A stretch of DNA of 64,000 bases from Corallochytrium limacisporum Hawaii (lineage: Eukaryota > Protista > Pluriformea): contig PDIP01000025.1 in the NCBI GenBank assembly GCA_002811645.1, forward strand, positions 34,245-98,244. Reading direction: 5' to 3'. A program made the translations under genes and the position numbers. The notes beneath the pieces were generated by a model. That model had not been told where the DNA came from and did no database searches. It saw nothing but the letters and a program-made list of their open reading frames with translations. Of the stretch, positions 63,948 through 64,000 are shown one piece after another (the first letter of the stretch is position 1; every line of letters starts with the position of its first letter).

Positions 63948-64000
<53 letters not shown>
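63799..64000. repeat. (CA)n-like and terminal (GA)n microsatellites
   Basis: acacacacacacgcacacgcacacacac at about 63799-63832; (ga)n from about 63947 to the window end. Confidence 0.9.

Noticed and set aside
1-64000. CRISPR arrays, rRNA, tRNA, transposase, reverse transcriptase or viral hallmark genes
   Set aside because: None recognised on either strand

Overview
Eukaryotic nuclear DNA from a microbial genome with essentially no coding introns. The gene content (TOCA-type F-BAR, folliculin, NDFIP-like protein, major vault protein, eEFSec, CEP290 relic) suggests a unicellular opisthokont or holozoan; this is inference only. About 18 single-exon genes are visible: a 3'-truncated low-complexity ORF missed by the ORF track (minus strand, <1-2062), metaxin, a TLC-domain protein, an orphan two-repeat protein, an ABCG half-transporter, an SMS/IPCS-like synthase, a C2-type phospholipase D, FNBP1/CIP4-like, NDFIP/Bsd2-like, a PPxY two-TM protein, MVP, eEFSec, TGFBRAP1/Vps3, FLCN, VPS33, epoxide hydrolase, a glycosyltransferase, a 1376-aa cytoskeletal-type protein and a Pho84-family MFS transporter. 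Most notable: (1) a shortened CEP290 broken by four frameshifts and a stop in its 5' part while its 3' 380 codons stay open; (2) a tight endolysosomal gene neighbourhood (Vps3-FLCN-Vps33 plus PY-motif adaptors) with a palindrome at the centre of the Vps3/FLCN divergent spacer; (3) an unrecognised ~150-aa tandemly duplicated domain; (4) a ~170-nt intergenic hairpin with alternative pairings upstream of the ABCG gene; (5) recurrent intergenic CnGn palindromes. No tRNA, rRNA, CRISPR array or recognisable transposon was found. All identifications are by eye from remembered motifs; no database searches were run.
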